A DNA stretch of 63,578 bases, the filler included, from Reticulomyxa filosa (lineage: Eukaryota; Protista; Foraminifera), in NCBI GenBank assembly GCA_000512085.1. It is 14 parts of 14 records of this genome, joined end to end, with 100 filler letters (N's around TTAATTAATTAA, not from the genome) between each part and the next. Parts side by side here need not be neighbours in the genome. Positions count along the whole stretch, not along the records: positions 49,836 to 57,286 come from ASPP01006130.1; positions 57,387 to 59,889 come from ASPP01049810.1; positions 59,990 to 63,578 come from ASPP01008842.1; 11 more parts are not named here. The stretch is one strand, 5' to 3'. Positions 49,836 to 62,434 of this stretch are shown here, piece after piece. The notes under the pieces are model-generated. The model was not told the origin of the DNA. It did not search any database and saw only the letters and a program-made list of their open reading frames with translations. Each line of letters opens with the position of its first letter. Position 1 is the stretch's first letter. The translations under genes and the position numbers were made by a program.

Positions 49836-50099
49836 CAGCACTTTTTCAATCAAACGCACAAAAAAAAAAAAAAAAAAGAATATATATATATATATATGTA
49901 TATGGTATATACATACACATATACATATATGTACCTATGGGAAGTATATAGCTTTACATACAGTTACGTATACCGTATGTACATACATATGCATATGTGT
50001 ATGTATGCAAAACAGAGATCGATTATTGTTGTTGTTGTTGTTGTGACGAAAACAAAGAGGAGGTGGGGAAAAAGCAAGCAAGAAGAAGGAAGAGAGAAA

Positions 50100-51095
50100 C
50101 TCAACGAAGGTTTAGCGTCAACAACTGGAGACGACGGACTAGACAAGTTTTTGGGCGCAGCATTGTCAAGTGACGCAGATATTGCACTGGGCGTTTTTGA
50201 TTCGACGGGGTTGTTTGCATTTTTGCGGCCAAATAGCTGAGACAATGAACTAGCGGCTTGTAATGGACTCATTCCCACCAAATCCACGCTCCCTTCTTTT
50301 CCCTTGTCTTTTTTGTCGGTTTTATCCAATTTCGGAATGGCGTCGAGGTTTGGTAGTGAGCCAACTGTATTTTCCATCGCCAAACCGCCCATCCCTCCGG
50401 TGACGGATATGCCTCCTCCTCCTCCTCCTCCAATGACCCGCGTGGCAGTACCGCCAGCAATGGAGATAGACAAGCTAGAAGCAATGCTACTGCTGGCGCT
50501 CGATCGAAAGGTGCTGTTGCTGTCAAGCGAGGACGACGATACACTCGATACGCTTGTGTCTGTACGATCACGATGATTCAATTCGTTCATGTTGTTATCT
50601 TCTCCACGACTCGATGGCTGCTTCGATTCCGCTTCGATCGCCATTCGAAAGTCATTTTGTAGTTTAATATGTCCCGGCACTGTGTTGCGCTTCACCGCGT
50701 CAATGCCTTCCTTTGCTTCGGACTTTGTGTCTCCCAAAGGTACTGCGCTTTGCTGGACATTATTGCTCCCCGTCTTCCCCTTTCTGCTTGTGCGTGAAAC
50801 TCTTGCTCTTGTTTAGATTGGCTGGTAATATTGGCAATGGCTTGCTTGGCGAACTTGGCAATGGACGATCCTTTGGAGAAGGGGTCACACTTATTCTTGT
50901 CCCTTTGCCGTCAAGCAATCCTTTGCTGCTTGGTGTTGTCTTTATCTGTGTCAGCTGTTGCTTCAGTCGAGTGTTCTCATCTTGCAACTCTACAATCACT
51001 GCTTTCTGTGCTTTCAGTGTCGCTTGCAAGTCCTGGACACTTAGATTTTCTAAACTGGACCGATAACGTTCCAGAGTCGTTGAAGGGCTACTCAT
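50100..51095 (-). CDS. Hypothetical protein: N-terminal coiled coil plus S/P/G-rich region, 3' partial
   Basis: ORFs 50760..51095 and 49964..50737 joined by a +1 frameshift. Confidence 0.55.
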
Positions 51096-51665
51096 CGCAA
51101 ATACAAATACAGCATGAACAATTATTTCTATAAATCTTTTAACATTTCCTTGCCAAATTCTCGTATATTGTACGGGTTCCCATTCTGTTTTCGTTGTAAC
51201 TATTTTTCTTATAATTTTAATTGCAACAATTTTTTTGCTTTTATTTTTGCAAATAATATACTCATACTGTTGTATTCGATTTTTTTCATTTTTATTATAC
51301 TTTGAAACAAGTATAGAACTGAAATAAAACGTTTCGAAAACATAATTCGTAAGACAATAGATAGCGTTATATTTTGTTTAAACGTATATCCAATTTACTT
51401 TTCTATGGAAAAAATGCGGCACTTTCCAAAACGAAACGGCCAAAACACGTTTCTTGCCCCAACTCCCAAGATTCATTGAATAAAAAAAAAAATTCACTTT
51501 CGTTCAATTGCTCATTTTCAAGTTTGCCATTCCGCTGATGTTGTAAATTTGGTTCGCTTTTTTTTTTGCATTTATTAGATAACTGTTGACAACTTATATT
51601 CTTCCCACTGTTTCAACAAGCAGCATATCTGTGTACGTGTTGGTACAGGAGAACAAATCTGCACA

Positions 51666-52169
51666 ATGTTGAATCGTAACCTCCAAGACTACAATACCTT
51701 TGATCATGTCCCCATAAAAAAAAAAGAAACTAAAAATCGCAAAGCATGTTACATTGTGCTTGCGCTATTTTTAGCCGCTTTATGTGGAGCAGCCCTGTAT
51801 TTAACTGGGATGGCAAAGTATCAACGCAGTGGTTTAAAGATAACAGTTTCCGGAGCAAGCACGGATGTAATTTTTGCAACATCAGCGTCGATCAAGAACA
51901 TCTCAGTGGCGGTTAATGACACCTTGGCAGAACCTGGACATGTAGTGGACACTATTGTCACTACTTCGCAGATTGTTGCAAATGTAACCACGCAATTGCA
52001 GTCGCAAGTCACTCGTATTTCTGATGAAATAAAAGAAGGCACTTCTTATGCCCATAAATGGGTTACAAGTACGGTTGAAGCGTTAGAAGACGTTGGAAAG
52101 AATATCTCTTCTGCGGCAACAATGGTTAAAGACAAAATTCGCGATGCAGTATCCGGAAGACACGGATAG
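51666..52169 (+). CDS. Small single-pass (type II) membrane protein with amphipathic helical ectodomain
   Basis: Basic KKKETKNRK, TM ACYIVLALFLAALCGAALYL, then a T/V/S/A-rich helix; intronless 167 aa. Confidence 0.65.
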   Translation: MLNRNLQDYNTFDHVPIKKKETKNRKACYIVLALFLAALCGAALYLTGMAKYQRSGLKITVSGASTDVIFATSASIKNISVAVNDTLAEPGHVVDTIVTTSQIVANVTTQLQSQVTRISDEIKEGTSYAHKWVTSTVEALEDVGKNISSAATMVKDKIRDAVSGRHG

Positions 52170-53823
52170 AAAGGGGTGCAGAGAAAAATTATTACACTAA
52201 CGAGTTGGATGTTGGACCGAGTGCTGCGACAACAATGCAACAAAAGTTCTAAGAAAGCTTTTTGTGTGTTTGTTTTTTTTTTATGTTTTAATTTTATTTT
52301 AAAAAAAAAATGGACAAATAAACAAAATGGCTACGTACAATTCTGCCGTTTGTTTTGTGCCAAAACTTTATTTTTTTTGTTGAGTGTAAAGAACTTATTG
52401 TTTCTTGTGTTGTTTGTTGCTGTAGTTTAATTTTATAAAGACGAACAAAAAAGAATTTTTTTGTTTGTTTGTTTGGTTTCCAATGTTTTATCTTTCCTTA
52501 ATTTTATACATTTACTTGACGATTCAAAAGGAATCTCCACAAATCTCATCCATGTGCTCTTGTATGTTCTCGCAAATTAAATTGCAATTGATGGTCCTGC
52601 ATTTCAAATGTTTAGTTTTTTCAGCAAGGGGGGACGATTCATGTACGCTACTACTGAGCGTTTTTGCTGGGAAGATTGAAGAAAAAAAGTTAATGCCCTG
52701 ACAATAAGTCCATTGTCATAAAAAAGACAAGAAATTTATTTGAGAAAACAATTCTCTGAAATGTGGAATCAATCCTATGAGTTATACTGAAATAGCATAC
52801 GTAATGGCTAATACATAGAAATCTACTTTACAATACGCCAAAAAAAAATGCACAAACAGAATTATGCAACACACAATTTTCAAATCTATCCGTTTTCAAT
52901 AAGGACTTTGTTTTGCACAAAATTGTAAAAATTAGTTCATTGTAGTACTTTTCGATAGAAAATCACTTAAGACAAGAAGGTGAGTAAGCGAATAACATTT
53001 TAAAAATAACGACAAAAATTTGTTTTAATACACATGCCAATCTTTTATATATACGGCTCATGTTCATACCCTATATTACTTTACCAGAACAAAAAACCCG
53101 AAATTTTCTTATTATCACAAACCAGTTTTACGTTCAATACTACACTTTTCCACTTGTGAATTTTTGCTTTATTTCTCGTTATTTCTCTTTTTTTTATGTA
53201 GATGACATAACGATTTGTCGTAGGAAAAATATAATTTGGGTAAGCGACTCCAGAAAAACAAAAACGTGTGTCAAACCATAGCCAAACGTGCTGAATGCTT
53301 ATTGCTATCACCTATTGATAGAGATAAATGCTTTAAGCGGTTCCGAAACTTCCAAATTCCGCCTCTTTTTTACTTGCGAAAAGTACAATTATAAAAATAT
53401 AATGATATTAATTTAAGCAATGCGTCAGAGTTTCTGTTTGTTTTTATTTATTTCTTTCGCTTATCGAGCAACAATAATATTTGCTTTAGGACAGAAAAAA
53501 GCAAGAATTTTGGATTCTTGTCATATGACAATGAAAACAAAAATAACCAATTTTTTACACATGCCAAAAATTCTGAATAAGGGATGAAAAAAGATGCAAT
53601 GTTGGAAATATAATAATTGTGTGTTACTATTTGAGCGCATTTGTCTCACTTATTTACTATCCTCTAGCCATAAGCATTGTTTCTTTGATCTTTTTTTAAG
53701 TTTTAAAATGGAAAATCGAATTTTTTTTTACGTAAGAAAAAGGTGAAAATTACTGGTTGTTTTTTTTAAATTGGGAAGGATCTTTGTGTGGTTGAGGAAT
53801 TTTGTTTTTTTCCCTCATTAAAA

Positions 53824-56800
53824 ATGAATTCAACATCCCCCAACTCTAGCACCTCAGAAGAAACGCACAAGTACTTAATAGAGTTGTTGCAAATGATGTT
53901 TGGCTCCAAGCCTGGCCCTGACAAACTGGAGAAATGCAAAGAGTATTTCTGTTTGAACAAACATAAACCAACCCAGCCTTTTTTTTCCCTCTCCCAGTCT
54001 TCTTCTCTCCTTTGTGTTGATCTTTTTCATAAGCGGGAAGCTTAGTCAATAAAAAAGAACAAAAAAAACAAATGCACACACGCACACAACACATAAAATG
54101 TACAGAGAATTCATGAAGGTATTTTCAAAGGCATTTGTTGATAAAACGGAGCAGAAGAGTGGAAGCAAGAACGAATTGTTGGGGAGTGTAAGCGACCTGG
54201 ACAAACCAGAAGCAAAAGGGAATGAGAACACATTGACACCGAACATAGACCAAATGAAGGAAGAAGACGAAAAAAACAAAAATGCAACGACAGTCTCACT
54301 TGCACCAAAAAATTTTGTGGAGCATGAAGAAGAAGAAGAAGAAGAATTCAACCAAACCATGGCCACAACCATAACCACGATCACAACCACAACACCAATA
54401 CCAGACCTAAATAGCACACCTGTTTGTGTGGATGATATGAGTGTGAACACGACTAATAAAGATACATTGCAACCACTGGGATCTCTTGATGATGACCATC
54501 CAGGATCTGTCGCTGTCGAAGCTATGACCACCGACACGACGATGACAACGGTGATGGCAACGACGACGACGACGACGATGACGACGGCCAAACCTCTTGA
54601 TACAGAATCGAAATACGAAGAGCCCACCGCACGCAGCTCTCCTCATTCGTTGCTATCTTTTCGTTTGTTAAGTGGGGGTTCGTCGAACAACACACCCGCA
54701 CTCACCACTTTGGCGATGGCAAACACTCTTCCACAAACCAGTGCTTCTACCAACCCCTTTCCACCCGTTAACGTCGCTGCATCACATTTTGTCACGAAAA
54801 TATTACGCAAATTAATATTGGTGCTACTGGCACACCACCCCAATGGTGTGCATTATGCACAGTTGGAAACTGAATACAAACGCATCGTCAAAGACAACTT
54901 GGTAATTACTGACGATATCGAGTATCTCTTGTTCAGCTATCGAAACATTTTAATCACTCCCTGTGTAAATCATGGATATTTACTGACGTTGCATCATCAG
55001 GTTTGATCTTTTTTTGTTGTTGTTGTTTTTCTCTTTCCTTCATTTCATATCTGTTCAATCTGCAAAGTATTGAAAACATAGCATATCAGTATACAAATAA
55101 TTGGTTAAGCAAAACAAAAAAAAAAACAACTAGGCTGTTCAAACTCTTATGGAAGAATACCCCACCGAAGATATCGCTGAGGTCGTCTGTGAACATATCA
55201 ACGCGATCGTTGGCTTGTTTCCTTGTGGCATTTTATCTGAAATTTTGGACGAAATGATGTTTAATTTTCACGGATACAAGTGTGCAATGTTTTCCATTTT
55301 TTTTTTTTTTTTTTACGGTTGCAAAATTGTACCGGAAAACGGTTTTCTTTTCTTGAAATTTAAAAAAAAAAAAAAAAAAAAATCGCAAATGAATTTCCAA
55401 AAGGTTGTCACAGCTTTTGTCGGATCCACAAGAGTTTGTATTGAAAAAATGCAATGTAATGGTTGACAACAACAAAGGGTCATTAGTTTACTTGCCGATC
55501 ACCAAGAAGCAAATGGCACCAACTGTTCCAAATTTTTTAGCAGTTTTGTACATTGCAGAGAAAAAGAACAAAACAACAGCAAAAAAATTATTGATAACAA
55601 CTTTTTTTTTTCTTCCCATTTGCTGCTACGTATACGTCATATTGACAACACAGGTTTTACCTTCACCTATTGGCTATCGTGAAGTGCTGATGGCGTTGCT
55701 AGCACATTACGCCGAACCAATCAGCACGGAAACATTGGAACATGAGTTTCGAGAGTTGTTTGGGATGCCATTGAACGCATCTTCGCCGTTTATAAACCGT
55801 GTGTTGAAAAAAATCAACGATCCATTGTTGAATCAACAAGAGAAAGACGTTCAACAACAGCATGTAATGGATGTGTTGAACGACACTAAGTCATCCAGCA
55901 CTAGCATACGTAGCAGTTTGAGGAGTAGTTATAATTCATTGAAGTCGATGGTGCGAAAGTTTCGTCTAGCTGAAAATTTCAAATTGCATTACGAAAAGAA
56001 TCGTGCCTTGTTTGAGTTATTTTGTCCCAAGTGTCGACAGGACATTATTCCAGTCAAATCACCTTTTAAAGTTATTAAAAAAAAACAAAACAAAACAAAA
56101 AAATTATTAATTTTTTTTTTTCTCTCGCATGTTTACCGTCGACAGGAAGATCACAAAGTTGTGTTTCTCGGTGGATTCGCGCATGGAACGTCCATCCAAG
56201 AATTGGAAGAAGGATTGGCGAAATATGGTCCGAAAATGGTTGATTGTAGCGGTATCACTTATTCCAATTATGGATGGGCATTTGTGAAGCTAGAGACGGC
56301 ACAACAAGCAGAACAGTTAGTTTTATCTTCTCCAATTCAAATTCGAGGGCGAAATATCGACGTTAGACCTTTTATTGATCGAAAACGGGTGGTATGTTTT
56401 TTCGCACGTTTTTTTTTTTGCTATTGTTGTTATTGTTTGTATTTACTTCCTGTTCACATTTCAAAAGTTGGAAAAACTTGGGAAAGTTTTTTTTCAGGTT
56501 TTTTTTTTGTTTTTTATAACAGTCGTAGTCGAACACACTTGATAGAAAAATCATCAACAAAACCGGCCCTCAGACATTGAACTATTGAACGCAGTCCTCG
56601 AAGCGGTTCACCAGACTCTCTCCGGCCTGACGCTCGCTCAACTGCAAGCCAATTTGTTTCATAAATTTGAATATCGAGTCGACGGCTCGGAGATCATCAA
56701 ATTGGTGTCAAAAAATGCCAAGTTGTTGCAACTCAAGCGCCATCCCATTGAAAGAATCGTCCTTACTCCAGTTAAACTTTACGAAAAAGGAGAAGAAGAG

Positions 56801-57286
56801 AAAAGAAAAAAAAACAAAATAAAAAAACTTTGAACAATTTTTTATGCGTTATTTTATTTTTTTTTGCAACTACAGAAAATGGACCGTTTAGGTATTGAAG
56901 AATTGAAATGGAAAATACTCAAAATTTTTACAGATGTTGAAGAGACGAAAAGTAATACGAAAGAAGATAAAGAGATTTCTCCGAAGCAAGAGGAAAAGGC
57001 AAAAGAACAGAAGGTGTTGTCGTTAAAGGACTTTGAAAATGAGTTTGCTCGGCGCTATAAAGCATTCTTAGATCCAAAGCTTTATGGCTATGAAACTGTA
57101 TATGATTTGTTGCGGTCAATGAATGATATCTTATGTTTTCCTCGACTTTCTGCCTCTTCTTCTTCCTCTTCTTCCCCTTCTTCCTCTTCCTCCCCTTCTT
57201 CCTCTTCCTCCTCTTCTTCTTTGCAGCCTCGAGTACCTCTGCCACCCAGCAATCTAATACTTTGGTATTTGATCCTGTTTTGCCAA
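53824..57286 (+). CDS. Multi-LOTUS (OST-HTH) and RRM RNA-binding protein, 3' partial, multi-exon
   Basis: LOTUS-like: LILVLLAHHPNGVHYAQLETEYKRIV; LMALLAHYAEPISTETLEHEFRELFG; LSLKDFENEFARRYKAFLDPKLYGYETVYDLLRSMND. RRM: VFLGGF (RNP2), YGWAFVKL (RNP1), IRGRNIDVR. Confidence 0.75.
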
Positions 57287-57386
57287 NNNNNNNNNNNNNN
57301 NNNNNNNNNNNNNNNNNNNNNNNNNNNNNNTTAATTAATTAANNNNNNNNNNNNNNNNNNNNNNNNNNNNNNNNNNNNNNNNNNNN
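57287..57386. other. Artificial contig linker
   Basis: N44-TTAATTAATTAA-N44. Confidence 0.97.
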
Positions 57387-58540
57387 TGTAGACCAAGCAA
57401 AAAACTGTCGTCTTATTTAATAGCAAATGCTGCTGTTCACAAAAAAAAAAGACTGACTTTACACCAGCAATAATCCGCAACAAGGGAAGAGATCTATCCA
57501 CAGCACCATCTGCACCCACAACATGGGTATGACCCTTGCCGGAGACCGTAGGGGACCAACTGTCAGCACTGATAACCGACATTCAGGACGCGTACTGAGA
57601 AGTGACCTTATTATAAATTTCATTTGGGTAGTACCAGTACGATTTCACGCACCAAAATTATTATAGCATTTTGTATATTTTTTCACATCTAACTATTATA
57701 CTGACTTCATCAGAAAATGTGTTGTTGAAAATGAAGAAATGGAAATTTGTCACTTTTAATTGCTTGTGGCTTTGCTTTCAAGTTCTGCCAATTTGTCAGT
57801 CTGGTCATTCGTCCTTTTTTTGTTTACAAGAAATACTTTTGCTTCAAACAGAGAATGATGAGATCAACGAATTACTAAAAATGACTCTTTAGTTGGTAAC
57901 AAAGTAATCACAACTTCATTGTGTAGAGAAACATTCACATATAGATAAATCAGAATGTGGTCCTAATTGACTCAAAAACTTTTCAAAACTACGCCTCTTA
58001 AAAGCGTCCTTTGTACAACTGTTCCCTTTTGAAATGATTACTTTCAGCTCTCGGTCCTGAAAGGTTAGAAACAATGAAACAAATCAAAGGTAAAACGCTG
58101 ACCAAGTAGTCAACCTGTTTTTTAAGTCAAATTACCTTCACGAGTTGTTCTTGTTTCTTCCTTAGAAACACAAATTATTTGCGGCACAAAAACATTAGAT
58201 AGCATTTGTTTTGCGTTTACAAAAAAAAAAGAAACGAACAAAACTCAGCTAATGACCCTGTAAGAAGGGCATACACAATTTTTAAGCAAAAATGTTTCAA
58301 AAAAATTTGAATAAACTGTTGTCTGATTTACCTGTTTATTTGTCGTGTTATCATATTTTTTATGACAACGACTGCTGTAATGATGCCATGTGACAACAAT
58401 ATTTTGAAAAATAATATGAAGAAGCAACAAGACTATTAAATTCAAAAAAAAAACACGCACAGCGGAATTTTCATCAAACAGTTTTCAAGCGTTGACTTGG
58501 TAGTGTTTTGCTGGTGTTCTAGGTTATTAATATAGTGTTT

Positions 58541-58802
58541 TCACAGATTCAACAATTGGTCCATCCATTCATCACTGTATTTTTCGAGGAGATCTTCTTT
58601 ATCCCTCCTCATTTGGCTTCGAAGCTCAAAAAATTTATCATCTTCTTTGTGTCCTCTATCACTTTCGTGCAGCGACTCCAACCAGGTTGAGTCATCCAAC
58701 ATATCAACATGTGTAGATTCATTCAGCAAAAAAGCTGAAGTCATCGATAACACTTTCTTTCTTTGCGAGCGAAGATTTGCAAAGATTCGTTGCGTGAAAC
58801 AT
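58541..58802 (-). CDS. Small acidic hypothetical protein
   Basis: MFHATNLCKSSLAKKESVIDDFSF joins LLNESTHVDMLDDSTW...EWMDQLLNL via a +1 shift in the A6 run at 58728-58733. Confidence 0.35.
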
Positions 58803-59889
58803 TTACAGGTTTACATTTTAGTTGTTCTGATCACTTATTTTTTTTTGTACTTTGTAACTTTTTTGATTTTTCTCGAATTGTATCAAACAACAGCTTTAGA
58901 TCTACTTTGCTTTGTCCCTTTGTCGCTTATGCAAATATATCGAAAACATCTTTAAAGACAAAAAAAACTTAATAACAGACTCTTTAAACTATCTCAGCCA
59001 CTTACATAAATGAAATTTCTTCGGCAATCCGGGAATATAAATTTTCTCCTTGTAAAGTTTGAAAACAAGGATTAAAACAAATGATTCAACATAAAAAAAA
59101 AAAAAATCTGGAACTAGACCCTTTTTAAGGAACTCTTCAACTCATCATAATTTTTAAAAAAATTTTCAATTCAAAAATAAATTTTTATTTATTTATTCGT
59201 TCAATTAATAATTATTGAGCTGTTTTATCAATCAAATGTGTTGGAGGGGGAGCGCAGTTCAAGTTTTTTTAGTTTCAAGCTTTAATGTCTTTTAACGACA
59301 ACAGCAAAGCTTTTGTGTTTGACTAACTTGTAAAGGAACATGGAGAAGGAATTTTTTGTGGATACACGCAAAGTTTTGCGTGTTCGTTTGTTATCAAACT
59401 AGCTTTTTTTCGGTTTTAACATTTACCACTTTCAATAACGAACAAAAAAAAAATTGAACGTGTTCATGAATTTTGTGGCAAACAGTTGGGTCTACTTTAA
59501 AAAAAATTAATGGTCTACGACGTCGACCACAATTGGTATCCACCAATGAAAGAGAAACGTCATCACAACGAAGACTTTACTAACAACTTCTCCAAAAATG
59601 GACAAATTCTTTTTTTTTTATCCGCAATGTTGCTGCTTGGTGGCCTGATTAAAAAAGTGCTACGTCAGATTATGAAAATGCAAATATTGTATTTCTCAAT
59701 TACATTTTTTGCTGAAAAAGAACATGATGTACTGATATACTTTGCGGACAAATTGATCGAAAGAAATTAATAGACAATCAACAGCACGTTTTCCGTGTCA
59801 TTTATTTATAAAATCAATTGAGTATTGATCCATTTTATTGTAAAGGGAAAAAAGAATTTGTATAAATTTATTCTTTTGTTCAAAACAAA

Positions 59890-59989
59890 NNNNNNNNNNN
59901 NNNNNNNNNNNNNNNNNNNNNNNNNNNNNNNNNTTAATTAATTAANNNNNNNNNNNNNNNNNNNNNNNNNNNNNNNNNNNNNNNNNNNN
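59890..59989. other. Artificial contig linker
   Basis: N44-TTAATTAATTAA-N44. Confidence 0.97.
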
Positions 59990-60026
<37 letters not shown>

Positions 60027-60093
60027 GTAACAATTTCTTTTTTTTTTTTTTTTTTTTGATTGGTTGACTAAAAAAATAAATAAATAAATAAAC

Positions 60094-60790
60094 CTGTATC
60101 AACACATTGGTGCAAAGACTTTTGGAGTTTGCGTTTGATGTATTCGCGAGAATATTGTTTGGAGAACGCACCCAATATCCGATGCACACGGGCGTTTATT
60201 TGATTTTCTTTTTGTTCGAATTCTACCAACTCTGTTTTAAAAGTTCAATGTGCGATGAATGAAAGAGAGAGAGAGAGAGAGGGGTGGGGAAAAAAAAAAT
60301 AAAAAAAAATAGCTTAAATAAATAAATAAAAAACTTGGATCTTTCATTTGCTCTTCATTCAAAATGGCGGCTTCTTCCTCCTCAATTGTATGCTTTGGCG
60401 GGGGTGGTATATCCGTGTTACTTTGTGACCACGTAGGGACATCCTCAGGAACAGTTGGAATAAACTCATTCGTCATCAGACCCATTGGTCGGATGTAGTG
60501 GTCACTTTGACTGTTCTCATGATTTACCAATGCTGTTATATGCGCTGAGGGGTCGTCGAATGGGGACTCGTTCAGTCCATTTTCACTCAGAGGCGTTTCC
60601 ATATTTTCAAAGTGTGTCAATTCTGGGGAATCTTCCAACAGATGATGCAGAACAGAGGTATTTTTGCTGGAGCTCCATTTTTCTGCTTGAGGAACTATCA
60701 TTATGACAATAATGAGCCCAACCGTTACCCCGTTCACTTTTCTAAAGTTCCGTCTTACTTTGCCAGTTTCTTTCCTCTTTTTAAAACCAA
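60094..60790 (-). CDS. Hypothetical protein, 3' partial, at least 2 exons
   Basis: ORF 60237..60737, then an AG-flanked exon ELVEFEQKENQINARVHRILGAFSKQYSREYIKRKL followed by a GT donor. Confidence 0.5.
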
Positions 60791-61339
60791 TGATTCAAGT
60801 TAATGACTGATGAATTTTGAAAAATTTGGACTATGCAACAAAGGTACTTATTGTTATTTTAAAAAAAAATTATGTTTTTTTCTCCACAGCACAAAAAAAA
60901 AAACATAGCTTCCAACCCTCAAATGCTTAAACACAAAAAACAGTAAAAAGACCATTAGACTATTCCCAAAAATTTGCTATCACTACCACGAGAGAAAAAA
61001 AAAATACAATGATAATTGCTCCAAAACGAAAGTGCGACAAACAAAATCAAAAATGCAACGAAACAAAAGAACACAAAACAATAAAAAAATTACATTGCCT
61101 TAAAAACAAAATGAGAGCACAATAAAAGTAAGAGAAGCACTTCAATACAAAATTAAGAAATAAACAGCAAAAGGAAAAGCAGAGCGATGACATAAGGTTT
61201 GGGCATTTCAGTTTTTGTTGGTGTGACTATACACATAAAACGAGCAAAAGGTATTCTTTTAACACAAGTACAACTTTAAGAAATATTTTTATAACATGCA
61301 CATACATATATATGTATACGTAGATATACGTATACTTAA

Positions 61340-62434
61340 AGATGAAAAAAAAAAACCGGTGATATGTACGCACACAGGGTTGCAAGAATGAAACCAATTT
61401 TATTTAAGTGACAAAATATATATATACGTATACATATACATATATATATATTTTTTTTGTGAGTTGTTTCGAAACTATGAATTACAGGTGAGATGTCATG
61501 TGCAGAAACCAATTTAGCAACAATTAATAACTCTTTGTCCGAACAGGTATAAAAGCGACCGAGTGCGTGTTGGCCTTGCAAAGTAGATTGACTTTGGTGA
61601 TCACTGTGAAAGGATAGATCAGCTACGTCATTGTTGTTGTTGTTGTTATTGGCATTGGTATTGGAACTAATATTGATATCGATATTATGATAATTATCAT
61701 AGCTAGATTCAGATTCGTTTTCATCTCTGTCTTCGTCAGTGTCATCATCATCGTCATCGTCACTGCTGCTATTGCGCGTTTTGCGAATTTTTTTGTGTTC
61801 CAGCTCATATCGCCTTGGTGGATTAAACCTCTTGCGTTTGTAGCGATTCTGCTTTCTCGTATTTCTTGTCGGCGCTATCAACTCCGATATTAACCGCTCG
61901 TTCTCATTCTCATCTTCGTTCTCTATTTTTCTTCTTTCCTCATTCATCTTTGTTTCATGGATTTTCGACTCGTGTTGCAATGCAAACTCTTTTTTTTTTT
62001 TTATAGTGCACTTCTTGTTTAGGAGTGGATGTTTGCTAACTCTTTTTTTTTTTTTGAAACGTACGTTGCAAGATTTTACGTAGCATCCGAAATGTTTCAA
62101 TTTTCCATTGCTTTTTGATTTTACGTAAACCCTTTGGATCCCGTTGTTTGTTATAGCTACTCTCGAAATCAAAATATGGTACTAATTCCGTTCCGCAAGT
62201 TGGGTACTCCAACAACTCTACAATTTCATTTTTGCACTCTCCACCAGCAAACATTTCAAACAAATCAACCTTTGGCAACTCTTTTGTTGTTGACGTCATC
62301 GGGGGGCCTTCAAAGCCCATACACTTTAACAAGCGAATGGAAGTATTACCGACTGCTCTTCCCATTTGACCATAGTTTCCAAATCTCATGCAGTCAAAGA
62401 TTAGAAAAGGAGAGACTGTTATATTTTTATCCAT
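61340..62434 (-). CDS. Hypothetical protein with basic NLS-like and acidic stretches, multi-exon
   Basis: ORF 62036..62434 can be spliced to the 61336..62172 frame (EFALQHESK...); KRKR, poly-D and poly-N. Confidence 0.55.

Noticed and set aside
1688-59989. Recurring palindrome TTAATTAATTAA as a biological repeat or recombination site
   Set aside because: Always flanked by exactly 44 N on each side; it is a six-frame-stop concatenation linker.
55-62172. Poly-K, poly-F and YIYIYI peptide stretches in the ORF track
   Set aside because: They are translations of intronic A/T runs and (TA)n microsatellites.
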